NCBI GenBank assembly: GCA_036172245.1
Contig: JAYWIR010000035.1
Span: forward strand, 1,860,001-1,924,000
Length of the DNA: 64,000 nt
Direction of reading: 5' to 3'
Source: Raillietiella orientalis
Lineage: Eukaryota
Below are positions 36,901 through 48,900 of this stretch, in pieces. Numbering within the stretch: position 1 is the stretch's first letter; every line of letters starts with the position of its first letter. The position numbers were made by a program, and so were the translations under genes. The notes under the pieces were generated by a model. The model searched no databases. It was not told the origin of the DNA and was given only the letters and a program-made list of their open reading frames with translations.

Positions 36901-39900
36901 TCTCCTACCGCTCCTCCTCCCAGTTGCTGCCCTGGGCGCTTTCCAGTGGGACTGCTACCTCGAAAAGCTTCCAGCGACCAGGCGGCTGGAGCTTTTCGGG
37001 ACCTTCCGAGGTCGGGTCGCCTGCCCGAACGTGCGCAGCTTGCCTCCGCCGCTCGTGCTGCTCCTCTTCCTTCCCCGACTCCCTTTCCTGCGCCTGCAGC
37101 GTTCTCCAGGGATGCCGGCGCTGCAGTCGAAGGGGGTCGGGAAGCCTGGAGCCCCCGGGAACCGTTGCCCGAGCACCTGGCAACCGCGGCAGGCTGCGGA
37201 GAGGAACTTTTCATGGAGGGAGGGAAGACCTCCGCGATGTGGGCGGTGTACGGCGTCTGCAGGGGAGATGTAAGACGCTCGCGGTGCAGCCAGTCGGTCC
37301 GGCAGCTGGGCACGGGGAAGGCGTCCGTCCGCGCTCTCGCAGGAGAGGGCAGCGTCCTTCGCAGCAAAGCAAACGTGGGCGCTGCTGACGCGCGGGGTGG
37401 AGGGCGGCGCCGCCGCGCAAAGGAAGCCGCCGCCGCGATAAGCGTGCGATAAGGTGCGCGCGCGAAGGCCTGATTGATCGATGCACGCGCACGCACGCTC
37501 GCGGAAGGAGGGGGAGGGAAGGGTATCGATGGCAACGCGTTCGCGCCTCCGGCGCGTCCCGTGGACCGCTCCTTTCCATCCTCGCTTTCCTGGCTTCCCT
37601 TCCTCAGGACCCTCCTTGCTGCGATCGCCCGCTTTTCAGGATAGGCCCCGCAGCGCGGCCCAGGGAGAGCTTGCGGTCTACGAGGAGGCAGCTGTGCTCC
37701 TACTCCCGTCCGGGGAAGAGACTGTCGTCGTCGTGCCTGGCTCGCGGGTCCCTTCCCGTCTACCAGCCGGAGTGGTCACCCCGGAAGGAATCTCTGCCAC
37801 TCCCGCTCCCCGGTCGTCCTTCGTGCGTCAGGAACGGTTCCTCCCCTTTCCCCGGGTTTCGCGTTGTCGGATGTCGAAGGTCCCGGTTGAGGGGCCCGCC
37901 CTCGTTCGGCCGGTCTTGCCGGTGCCGGCCGTCGACCTCGCGGTCGAGCTGCAACCAGTTGCCTTCCCCCTTCTTTCAAGAGACTGCCGTCCCTGGCCTG
38001 CTTTGCGGGGGATGGATCGCGCGAGTTTTCGCGAGACCCCGCCAGTATCCTTCGTGGGTGCTGCGCTCCAGAAGAGAGTAACCACGAAGAAATGTTTTGA
38101 AACCCTCCTCGACCCTCTGGCCCTGGGCAGGTGCCCGCCGTCCATTCTTGGTCTCCGGGACGCACCTCCTTTAGGGAGCCGCGTTATCCTGAGGAACGGT
38201 TTCGACAAGGAGTAGGGGATCAACTTACGGACCGTGGTAAGGGATCAACGTAGAGGGCGAAAACCACGCCCTGCCTCCTTACTTGATCGCTCCTCTTCCC
38301 CCTGCGGGGGGGGCAGCTGCCAAGGGGAGTTCCCTTTCGCGCAACTGGTCTTCGATTTAGGCCCTGGCAGGGCGAGAGGTTCAGACGTGACGGTCGCCTG
38401 TTGCCGCGCTGTGTGGACCGCGTGAGGATTCACGGGCAGGATGGAGCCACCATGTCTTGCTCCGTGATCCGGTCACAGAGGAGGTGGGCTCCACTCGGCA
38501 GCCGACCCGCGGCGTTCCCTCGTTCTCGTCGCGGAGTCCCCGTGCCCGCGTGCGGGCCTTCTCGCCGCGTGTTACGTGTCCTGCCCGCGGAACCCTCCGG
38601 ATCGTCTGCGCCCTCGTCTGCTTCCCGAGCAGCCTCTCCGCAAATAGCGCACCAGACGAGCCGCTTTAAAAATAGCACCGCCATCTTCAGCTGCTCCGCG
38701 TGCGAGGGCGGCGGCAGCGGCACCCTATACCCGTCGTCGTCGTCGTCACGGCAATGGCGGGGCGCGGTTGCGACCGCGCGCCTTTGTCCGGTGGGGGTCC
38801 TCCGGTTCCTCATCCAGCCTTGCTTTCCTGGCAAGGATGAGCAGCGGACGCACGTGTTCCAGAAGGGTTCGCGAAATGGCGGGAGGGGCTTTGAAGACCC
38901 CGCGGCTGCCTGTCGGCTCCTTATGGAGCACCCTCGCGGTGCACTGAGCCATCCCCAAGTAGAGCAGCAGCAGCTCCGTCACGACCGCGTCCACGGATCC
39001 CGGTGTTGCTCGCAGCGCTCCGTCACCGGAAATTCCCCCCGTGGGAAACGAGGGGGAAGTCCGGATGGGTCCCGCTCGGATCGGCGACCCGTCATCTCGC
39101 TGCCCGGCAACGGGCCGTTTTTCAAAAGGATCGCCTGCAGTCTCGGCGTGTCCTCTCCAGCGCTGTCCGCGGCGGCGACCGTTCGGAGCTGCGCGCGGCA
39201 CCGCGCAATCGAGTCGTCCCGTCGGCCTCCCTAGCCTGGGGACCGGGCTCCATTCCGGGGAGGGAGGGGGAGGGAGGTGAAGAGAAAATGGCGCGCCTCG
39301 AGAGAGGGTGTGGTCGCCCGATCCCGTGAGAGAGTTCAGGCCACGGGCACGAGCGGAGCCATCAATCACGCTTTCCTCTCGTCCCCCACTTTCCTCCCTC
39401 TCTTCCTCTGTGGCCGCCTTTTTCCCTTCTTTCTTCCGGCCTCGGCAGCGAAAGAACAACGGTCCCACCAGGTCCTCGCAGCTTCCAATTATTGGTTGCG
39501 AGGGTCGGTCGTGATCCGCTGGGGATTTTCAGCTTTCATTATCAAGGACGTGGAAGCGTGTCAGCGACGGCGCCGGGGGCGCTTCCCGTCGCCGGGCGCC
39601 TGGAGAGGTTTCTCGGGGGAGCGCCGAATCTTGGCGACCCCGTTCTGGCCGCGCAGCGGAGAGGGGAGCTGCGGTCGCGCCTAGGGAGCGACGCGCTGCC
39701 CGGTAACTCATTCGCCCCGGGGAGCGAGCGGCGGAAAGGGAAAGCTTTTTCCCAGGCAAGCGCGCGCGCGGAAAGGGAAAGTGCGCTTACGGCTGCGGAG
39801 CCGGAGGAGAGAGGCGTCTCGCCGCCGCCGCGCAGGGCGGGCATAGTCGACGGACTCGCGGCTGACTGCGACTTCCGACCAGCGACCTGCGCTCTCCGAG

Positions 39901-42900
39901 GCTTCTCGGGGCGTCCTGGGAACGCGCCCAGCGCCGGGCACGAGGAGCTCCTTCGCGAGCGGCGGCAGTGGCGGCGATCGAGTGAAAGTTCGCCGCGCGC
40001 GCGCGACCCTGTCGAGAAGTGCGCAGGCGCAGATCCGCTCGGAGCGCTCGACAGGTGTGGCAGGACTGCTCGCTGCCTCGGTAGGAAGGGCGCGCGAATT
40101 TTTTTCGCGGAATTGGGCAACCCCAGCGGGACCGGGAAATGCTTTCGCCGAGCAGCCGGCAAGGGCACAGGCTCTGTGCTGACCCTTACCCTCCTGGGGA
40201 CCCCCATGAAGAAGAATCTGCACCTGCATCCTGCTGCCGCCAAGAGGACGAGGATGATCTCGTCAGTCGCTGGAGCGCTTGAGTGCAACCCCACCTCGCG
40301 ATACCACCGCGAATCGGGGATTTCCGGGATCTCCATGTTTGGCGATCGGGGGATGGGGACGGACGCTTACCTGCGCCTACGCCCTTCGAAAGCTTCCTCC
40401 CGCGTGGCACTCCCGGCAGGATTCCTCGTCATTGGCCGCTCGCGTCAGGCTTGCCAGACCACACTCTGTTCTCCTTCGCTATTTGAACCGACGGCCTGTA
40501 GGCAGCGTGCTCGAGGCGGGTCGGCGTTCCCCCCCCCCTCCCCCCCACACACGATGGTCGCCGGCGCTGGTCTTCTGTGAGGAACCTTTGCCCGGCGCCT
40601 CTCGTCCTGGCTGGCGCCTCGCTCGTCCGTCCACCGGAGGACGATCCTCGCGGGTGGAACGCCCTGCCTGCACGTGGCAGGCTCATCTGCGTGCAGGCGA
40701 CTGCCTTCGAGCCCTCCGGGGGCTTCTCGCCCCGCTCTCCCCGGGAGGAGGACGGGGCCGGTTCTGGCGAGCGGACGGCGGGACTTAGCCTTCCCAGAGC
40801 GTGGACGATGCGGCGAGACGCAGACGCCGAATGATGGGTCCGCACCAACCCGCGGCGAGCAAGGGCGCGCGTTGCTTTCGACGCAGAACTACGGGGGTGC
40901 TGTGTTTCCGCCGCCGGGCACGGGCGCTGTGTTGTCATGGTGACGCCTGGTGTGGGGACTCCCGAGTGCAGCGGCTCTGGCGCCAGAGTTCCGCTCGCTG
41001 CGCTCCGCTTTTCGGACCGCCACCTCCCAGGCCCCATCCTTCTTGAAGAATTCGTCTCAAACCATGGCCCCTGGCCATCTGGGAAGAGAAGGCGGCGTCG
41101 CGTTGGCGAGAGCAGCAAGGGGAACTCCCGGAACCCAGCCCTGCGTGCGTGCGTGCGTGCGTGCGTGCCCGTCTTTGGATTTCGACTCATGAGGCTAGGG
41201 AGGGGAGAACACGAAGGTCACGTGGACGAGCTGGGCGCTCTCCCCTTTTGAAATCCACGGGCGTGGTGGGCGCAGACGCCGGCGATTCGGCAGGTCCCCA
41301 GGGCGCTCAGAGAGCGAGAGCCCCAGGCTCTCTCGGGTCATCTCGCCCGCGGCCGGCCCTTAACGCGAGGACTTTTCTCGGACTCTCTCGGACCTCCGCT
41401 CCCAGGGAGCAGAGGCTTCAATCGCGCGCTCCCAGAGAGCATAAGCGGGCGGCGGGGCGCTCCGTGATTTCCGCCGGCGTTGCGCCACCCGCGCGCCTCT
41501 CGACCCGCGGGCGCCTTCCCCCTTCGGCGATCCCTCTCGCACCTGGAGCTCGAGGAAGGAGCCTCCTCGGTGCGGCCGCCTCTCTTTTACCCACCCACCC
41601 CCCCCCACTCCTCTCCCTCCCATGCCTCAGAGGCGGAGTCGTGTTCGAGTCGAAACCTGGGCTACAAGGTGCGCCGCTTGGAACGTCCGGGAGGTGGGGA
41701 GGACGTAGGTGCCCGCAGGGGTCCGATTTCGGGCTGCAAACCTCGCTCTATCCTGCGTCTCCGGCAGGGCTCCGCCCGAGGTTCGAAAAGGTCCGGGGAA
41801 GGCGGCGAAGCCACGACCCCTCCCCCTTCCGGGGACTTCCCGCTCCTCTTTTTTCGGTCGGTTCCAACCGCCGGCTTGGTCTCTTCCTTCAGAGAGCTCC
41901 TCCTCCTCCTCTCCTGCAGTGTTTCCTTGGAGACCCCTCCCCTCCTTCCGCGAGCTTCGTGTTCCACCGGCATGCAGAATGCCGCCTGCGCCAGCAGAGC
42001 TCCGCCTCGTTTCCGAGGTCGCGGGCGCCTTGCCCCAGGGCGGAGCCGCCCTCTTTCGCCACGACGCCGCTTGCGCCACACCGAAGCCGGAAGGCTCCGG
42101 CGAGCTCCGCTGCGTCGCCCCGTGACTGCTCCCCCTCACGGCGACGCTTCCCCTTGAAAGCAGGACATCCCCTCGTTGAGACGGAGGGCGGGCGGGATTC
42201 TCGGGACCGCCCGGGTGCCTTTCGCGTGCGACCCTCTGTACTCTCCCGGTGCCTCTCCTTCGAGCCGAAGGGCTTCCCGACTTGCTGATCGATCGGCAGG
42301 GGGATGGCGGCGGACGCTTCCCGCCCTCTCCCTTTCCCGCTCGCCGGGTCCCGCGATTCGCACGCGACCTCCAGCCGGCCACTGTGCAGCTTCCTGGCGA
42401 ACGGGCTCGCGGCGTCTCCCCCTTCGCGCGTGCGCGTCTTCGCTCCCCTCCCCAACGGGAGCTTTTCCGCCGGCAGATGGGGAACACGTGGAGAGCCTCG
42501 CCCCACCCCCGCCCACGCCAGGATTCGCTCCCCCATTCCCTCCTGGCGTCGGCTACGCCGTCTGCGGTGCCGCCGTCCGGATGCCCCGAAGCGAGCGAGC
42601 GCTCCCTGAGGGACAGAAGAACGGAAGGGGGGTGGGGGGATTAAAGGTGGGGGAGAGTCCCGTCCAGCTGCTTCCAGATGTTTCCTCCGCGGAGACGAAA
42701 AGCCGCGCGTCTCCGCCGGGGACGGACAGGTCTCTGGTGAACTTCCACCGTCCTGACCCTTGACTGGTTCGCCAGTCGGTCGGTCCCCCTCCAGGGGTTG
42801 GGGAGAGAAGGAGGGAGGAGGGGATTCGCCGAAGGGCCGACCCCTTCCCCCTTCTCAGCAACCGTGCCTTTGCTGAGCCCTATCACAACCTCTTGGATCG

Positions 42901-45900
42901 AACGCGACGGCTGTCCTCTTGAATTCCGTTGACCAAGTGCGTGGTCATTCGTTCACTTCGTCCTTCTATCTAACTGTCCGTTATTCATCCATCCATCGAC
43001 GAGGGTTTTACCGTCCTTTATTTATCTCGTTATTTATTTGTTTCTTGAGTTTCGTTTGTTTGCCGGTTGGATGAATCCGTTCGGCCATTTCTTTGTTGCG
43101 TACACTTTGACCGGTCGATTTCGTTGACCTATTGGTTAACTCTTCCACTTAATTTATTCATTCGCTTATTTACTTACTTATTTATTTTTTTACTGCGTTC
43201 ATTTATTTATGCGTCTGTTTCCTCGATTTATCGATTCACCTGCCCCCGCTTATCGATCCCTTTGTTCTCCTATTTATTGTTTGGTCGATTTGTTCTCTTG
43301 TTTATTTATTCGCTTATGTATCGCTCGCTTATTCACGTATGTGTGCATGTAATCTGCGTGTGTGTGTGTGTGTGTGTTTTTTTTATCGATTCCTTTATTT
43401 ATTTACGTTTTTTCGTATGAAAAACATACACGGGCGCGCGCGCGGACAACGGACAGCTCACCCCCTTGCGCTGTACGAAAGCGCCCCGTACCGTGGTCTT
43501 TCATGCAGCAGTTTAGTGTACGTTTGTGGGACGTCCCTGTATAAACCGTGCGCGTGTTTGCTGCGAACGCTCGGTCACGTGACGGACGGCGCGGAGCGCG
43601 TTGCGCTCGTTCGCGTGACCACACGGGGCATCGCACGGTGCGTCGCAAAGGGGCGTCCCTACCGCACGCGGACCATTACATACTATTTATTACCGAACAC
43701 GCGCGACGCGCGGCGGAATCTCCGCGACACAGCCTCCGCGCGTCGCTCCCTCTCCTCCCCTTTCCCCGAGGCCGCAGCCGCCGTGCGCTCGGTTTCGCGG
43801 CTGCCGCCTGCGCGTTCGTTCCGGCTGGTTCGCGGTGCGGTCGGCTGTGGCGGCACCACCAAGGATAGGCAGGAAAGAGGGGGAGAGTAGGTCGAGGGCG
43901 ATGGTGGGCGGCAGGCTGGAAACCCACATGGGCCGGCTTGCAAAAAAAAAAAAAAAAAAATCGGGGAGGGGAAAGTCTGGAGGACGACAGGAAGGCTTCT
44001 CTTCCGAGGGGGTAACGTCCGGGTGAGGATGAGGGAAGGGAAGAGAACAACCCCCATCGAGGGCTTGCCACGGCTCCTCCCTCTTCCCTTGCGGGAAGCT
44101 GCCCGCGGTCGCTCTGCGGCTCCCTCTCCACCCCTGCGCCCTCCTTTCGAGAACCCTCCTCCCCGCACCAGCTTCTCGCGGTCGCATCAGCAACAGGCTG
44201 ACGAGCCTGGCAAGCTCCTCAATTTCTCTTCTTGCAGTGATCCCCAGCTTGCCGACGGCATCGTCATCGTCGACGTTGGCGTGGAAACGAAGCGTAGGAG
44301 AATCGGCGAGTTGCACGCCGCCCTGGTCTTCGTGGGAAGATTCTACGAGGTACCTCCTGCCGACAGTTCGCCGTCCCCTCTCACCCGCAAGGACGGGGGA
44401 GCTGCGCCCTCACCGGCCGCCGCCAGTGGAGCGCGCGATGGCCCGGGCGAGCCATCGAGGCGCGCGAGCTGGCACGACGGGCGCCTCGGTTTCTGGCCAT
44501 CGGGGTGGGACCCGGGACGCGCCTGCCGCGACGCCTCCCTCCGCCTCGACCTCGATTTTCCCTCTCCGCTCTCGCGGCGCCACGTGGACCGCAACGTCCC
44601 CAGGCCTCGGAGTCGTACCAGCAGACGGTTGGTCGCCACGATCCCTTCCAGACCACTCCCTCTTCGCGGGAACGCGCCCTTCGGCTTCCTCGCGGATCCT
44701 GGATACGGCGACCCGTGCGGCTCCCGGTCCGAGCTGTCCCCCGTTCCCTCGGGGACTGTAGCAGTGGACTGCGAAACAGCGTCTCTTGTAGAAGAAACAT
44801 GGCGACCGAAATCCCCTCCAAGTTGGGATGGGAGACCCCAAATCGCCGCCGCCTTCCATTCCCCATCCACCCCCAACTCGCCTCCCGGCGGTCTCCACCA
44901 GTCGGTTCCTTGGTTGGATCCGCGGTGACCTCTTGCAGCGAGATTTTGTCCCGTCTGGAGCAACAGCAGCCACGCTCGCGCACAGGAAATGGCCGTCTGT
45001 GGTCGGCCTCTCCCCAGCGTCGTCGCGGCCGCTGGCTCTCGGCTGCTTGCCTCGAGGACCGTCTCAAGGAGGAGGGAAGCTTCGTCGGCGGATCATCTTG
45101 GCCAAAGGGCGGTGGCCTTTTGCGACAACGCCGCGCCTCGTAGGCAGTCCGGCGTTCCTCCGGCGACGTCTTCTGTTTCCCGCTTGGTCCCGCTGGCGGC
45201 CCCGTGTGGCTGCAGTCTGGTAGTGTGGCTCATGGCACGAGCGTCGTGGGTTCGAATCCCGCACTCGGGCACGGAAGGGTCGACACCCAGAAATGTGGGA
45301 TGTGTGTTGTGGGTTTCAAGTTCCCTCTGCAGGGTAACCTGGTTAGCCTACGTGCTTCAGGGCCCGTCGACTGACGGGGATTGGATGTTGACCCTCTGGG
45401 GTCCTTCCTGGTATCAAGGAGCCGAGGGGTTTCCCTCCGGCTGGGAAAATGAAGCCGTCCTCCCTCTCCCTGGGGGGTTGCCTCTCGGGTGTGCAAGAAG
45501 CATGCTGCGCCCCTCTGGGAACCGCCCTTCAGGGAAAATTCGGAAGCGTCCCTTCGGTATTCTCTTCAGTGGAGTAACAAGGAGAAGCTCCTTTGTCGGT
45601 GGGTTTTTCCCTCCGGAGAAGAGAGGAGTGGACCTCTCTCCTGGAGGTCGCTCCGGAGGGAATGAGAAAGAGATCCCCTTCGGAGGTCCCTCCGGAGAAG
45701 ACCAAGGGCGAAGGTTCCCTTCCAAGCGCAAGAGGAACGGACTACTTCCTCCGGGCCCTTCCTGGATTCATGGGGTAGTCCCTTCGGGATAACCCCCTGT
45801 AACTTGGAGGGCTGCACCCTCGGGTGGCGTGGGCAGTATCGAAGAGCCCCCACCCCCACCCCCTAAGGAGGCGAACGGTTCTTCGGCACTTGGCGAATCC

Positions 45901-48900
45901 CAAAAGAAGGAAACCCGAAAGGAAAGAGCTGGAAGGAAACAGCGGAAGAACCCCAAAGACTTTGTCACCATCCTTGGATCCCACGTGCGCGGATCGACAA
46001 AAGGGGAGGAGGAAGGGGAAGGTGCAGAGAAGCTGCGATCGACCCCTGAGTTCGTACTCGAGTTGGGCACGCAACAGCCGAATATGCACGGGCCTGATCG
46101 CCCACTCTCCCGGTAGCAAGCGCCACCTCGGGTCGGACGAGGAGGAGGAGGAGGAAGACGAGCGGATCGATCGATCGCGAGTTTCCCGTCACCCGCGCGA
46201 TCATCCCTGGCTGGCAGTCGCAGGAGGGTGTGCGAACAGCAACCGTGGACGCGTGCGATGAGACGCCGTGGTCGCGCGCGCGCTCGCGGGCAAGTCATGC
46301 AGAAGGGTCGGCCGCGTTTCTTCCCACCCCCCACCCCCACCCTGGTCGCGCGTCCGCCGAGAGTTCGTTTCGCCGCCAGGTTTTCCGCCCTCCCTCCGCT
46401 TTTTTTTTTTTTTTTTTCCCGGGTCCCAGGGCGCTCCCTTTGGTTTCTCGTCTTGCCGGTTGGGGAGCAGGGGGAGTGAAGGGCGCCAAGTCGCAGGCTA
46501 CAGCCCCGCCCAGGTACGGAGAGATTCCCGCTTGCGCCGACTCGCAGTCTCCACGAGGGAAGGACCTGCCGCTGTCGAGGATTTTCGATTCTCCCGCGAG
46601 CCGCTCTTGGCGTCTCCGCTCGTTAGCCGCTCCGCGTTGGTCGGCGGTTCGAAACGCCAGGTCAGTCAACGTCCGCTTCGGGCGGACGGATCGGAAATTC
46701 AGCTGGCCCTCCCGATGAACGCGGGGACGCTGGGATTTCGTCCCCCTCCGCCTGTCAGGCGGTCCGCTCGGGGTCCTCCGTACGCCCGCGGTGGACGTGG
46801 GCTGACCTGCCCTTTCGAACCGTCGGCAAGTGCGGAGCGGTTGCCGAGCGGGGATGCAAAAGCGGTGCACGCGCCCCGCAGCCCCTGCCGCAGTCCGCTC
46901 TCCAGGGTGACATCTGCCGACCGTTCCGAGGAACTGCCGAGGGCCGTCGCTTGCGAGAACGAAGCTTTGTGCGTTCCCGGGGAGAAAGTGAGGGCATGAA
47001 AAGGAATGTGGGCCTTTTCATCCTTTCGGGAATCGATGCGATGCTGCTGTACGCTTCTCTCAGTGACCTCGGGGCGACCTCGTACGGTCTGCATCACAAA
47101 GTGCGTGCTGAAAAAAATCATTTATATACAGGGGGGGAGAGAGGAAGTGGTCCCTCGTCTTTGCCTCACCAATGTATTTTCGAAACCGATTCCCTTTTCC
47201 TGATCCATGATTTGAGGTCATTTGCGAAACCACCGCATTGACGTTCGATTCAGCGCTCTCGGCGAGGCACCTGCTGAATGCCAGGGGCATTCGGAAGGTA
47301 CCTCACCCGCACGCATTTCCAGCCTCTTTCTTCCCTTTTCCTCTGTCCACTGGAACCCGCTGCGCTCGCTTCGGAAATCCCGGCCGTAGCCATCTTTAAG
47401 CGCGCCCGTCTTCTCTAACCGCAAAGACAAGCCAGTGAGCGAACGCGCTGCTTGGCTTTCTTGGCCTCGGGATCTTTTCTCGGAACTGAAGAGGAGAAAG
47501 AGGTGGGAGCAACCGAGCGTCCTGCCTTCCGTTTTGCTCTGCATGGGGAGTTCCGTTCCTGGCGAAACCCCTCGAAAGTGTGAGCTGCGGTTGGCGTGCG
47601 CTGCGTTCCGTTGCGCGCTCTTTGTCCTTGGGCGCGCGTTGCTTGGGTGGCTTCCTCCTCCGTGAGCGCGTCGAGGTTTTCCAAAGTCCCCTCTGCTGAG
47701 CCTGCTCCGCAAAGTGCTTTCTCCGTCTCTTCGCAAGATTTCGGCCCTCGCTTCTTCCTGCCTTCTTCCCACTTTCCTCGCATTGTTGCCCAATCGAAGA
47801 AGACCTTGGCCCTTGGCTTGTGACCGGTTCGCAGTGGACCTACGGGAGCACAGTCCCTTGAGACTTCCGAACGTCTTCTGCACGATGCTTCCTCGCGCAG
47901 TATCCGTACGCTTGTGCGAGGTGAATTCATCTCGGGTAGCCCTGGAGACGTTCGTAGCGGTCTGTGGCGTTCAGCGTGACGTTCGTCTGGAGTCGCGAGT
48001 TGGTCCGGAGGAGGCACAATGCTCTCCACCTTCCGCCAGCCGTTTACCCGGAGCTGTCCGCGTCCTGCAAGATAATCGCACCGGTGCACTTTCCATTCCT
48101 CCGCCTTCCATCAAGAGTTCGTTCCCTTGACAGCGACTCTCATCCGGTCAACGGGTTCGCGACGCGCTCGCTCGCAATCTCCGTTGGTCCTCGCTCGAAT
48201 CTACAGCGGCGCCCCTCGTCGGTGGAACAGCAGGAGCCTTTGCGCTGCTCAGGTAGGGTGTCCTTCGTGTTTCTGGAGTGCCTCCGTGTGTCTCCCTGCC
48301 TCCACGCCTCGAAAAGAGAGGAGTCGCCATGGAAACCCGCCGCCGGGCGGACGGGGCAGTGATCTTTTCGCACTTCCTCGTGATGCGGACAGGCGAATTG
48401 TCATTTCTCCGACGGAGATTTTCCCAGGAATTCCGGGTGTCCGCTAATCGCGCGACGTCTGGTGGGGGGGGGGGGGGGCAGGCAAGGGAGGGAGGGAGGG
48501 AGAATCGCGTCCGGATGCGTCGAGAGAGGGAATGCGGCGTTTCATCCCTCTCCCATGGTTCGAGGCAGCTCTCGGTGAATCCGAAAATGGCGTCTGCAGG
48601 CACTTTCAAACGGCACTTCGCGGACGTATCCTGTGGCAGCAGATGCGGGATGTCCTCCCCGCAGGATGAACGCTGGTTGGTTGGCCTGTAGACTTCGAAT
48701 GCGGCGCCGGTGGAAGCCGGAAACCTTCCGTTGACGCCCTTGTTGACTGGACGGGATTAGAATTCGGCCCCTCCGGGGTCCTTCCAGGAATCAAGGGACC
48801 GAGAGGTTCCCCTCCGGTTCGGAAAATGGAGCTCTGGCTGCGGGCCTTCGTGCCTTTGTCAAGAGGTGCGTGTGGAGGGTCCACTGAGTTCCATCGAGAG

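Noticed and set aside
38666..39496. Isolated MEF2-like (TTAAAAATAG), PBX-like (ATCAATCA) and CCAATTATTGG motifs in Girdin intron 2
   Set aside because: Single short motifs cannot be supported without conservation data.
40186..40420. Two strong minus-strand donor motifs (gtaagg, gtaagc) antisense to Girdin intron 2
   Set aside because: No matching acceptors or recognisable peptide; such motifs are expected by chance.
43067..43420. Hydrophobic ORF resembling a membrane protein
   Set aside because: It is the translation of a T-rich degenerate microsatellite.
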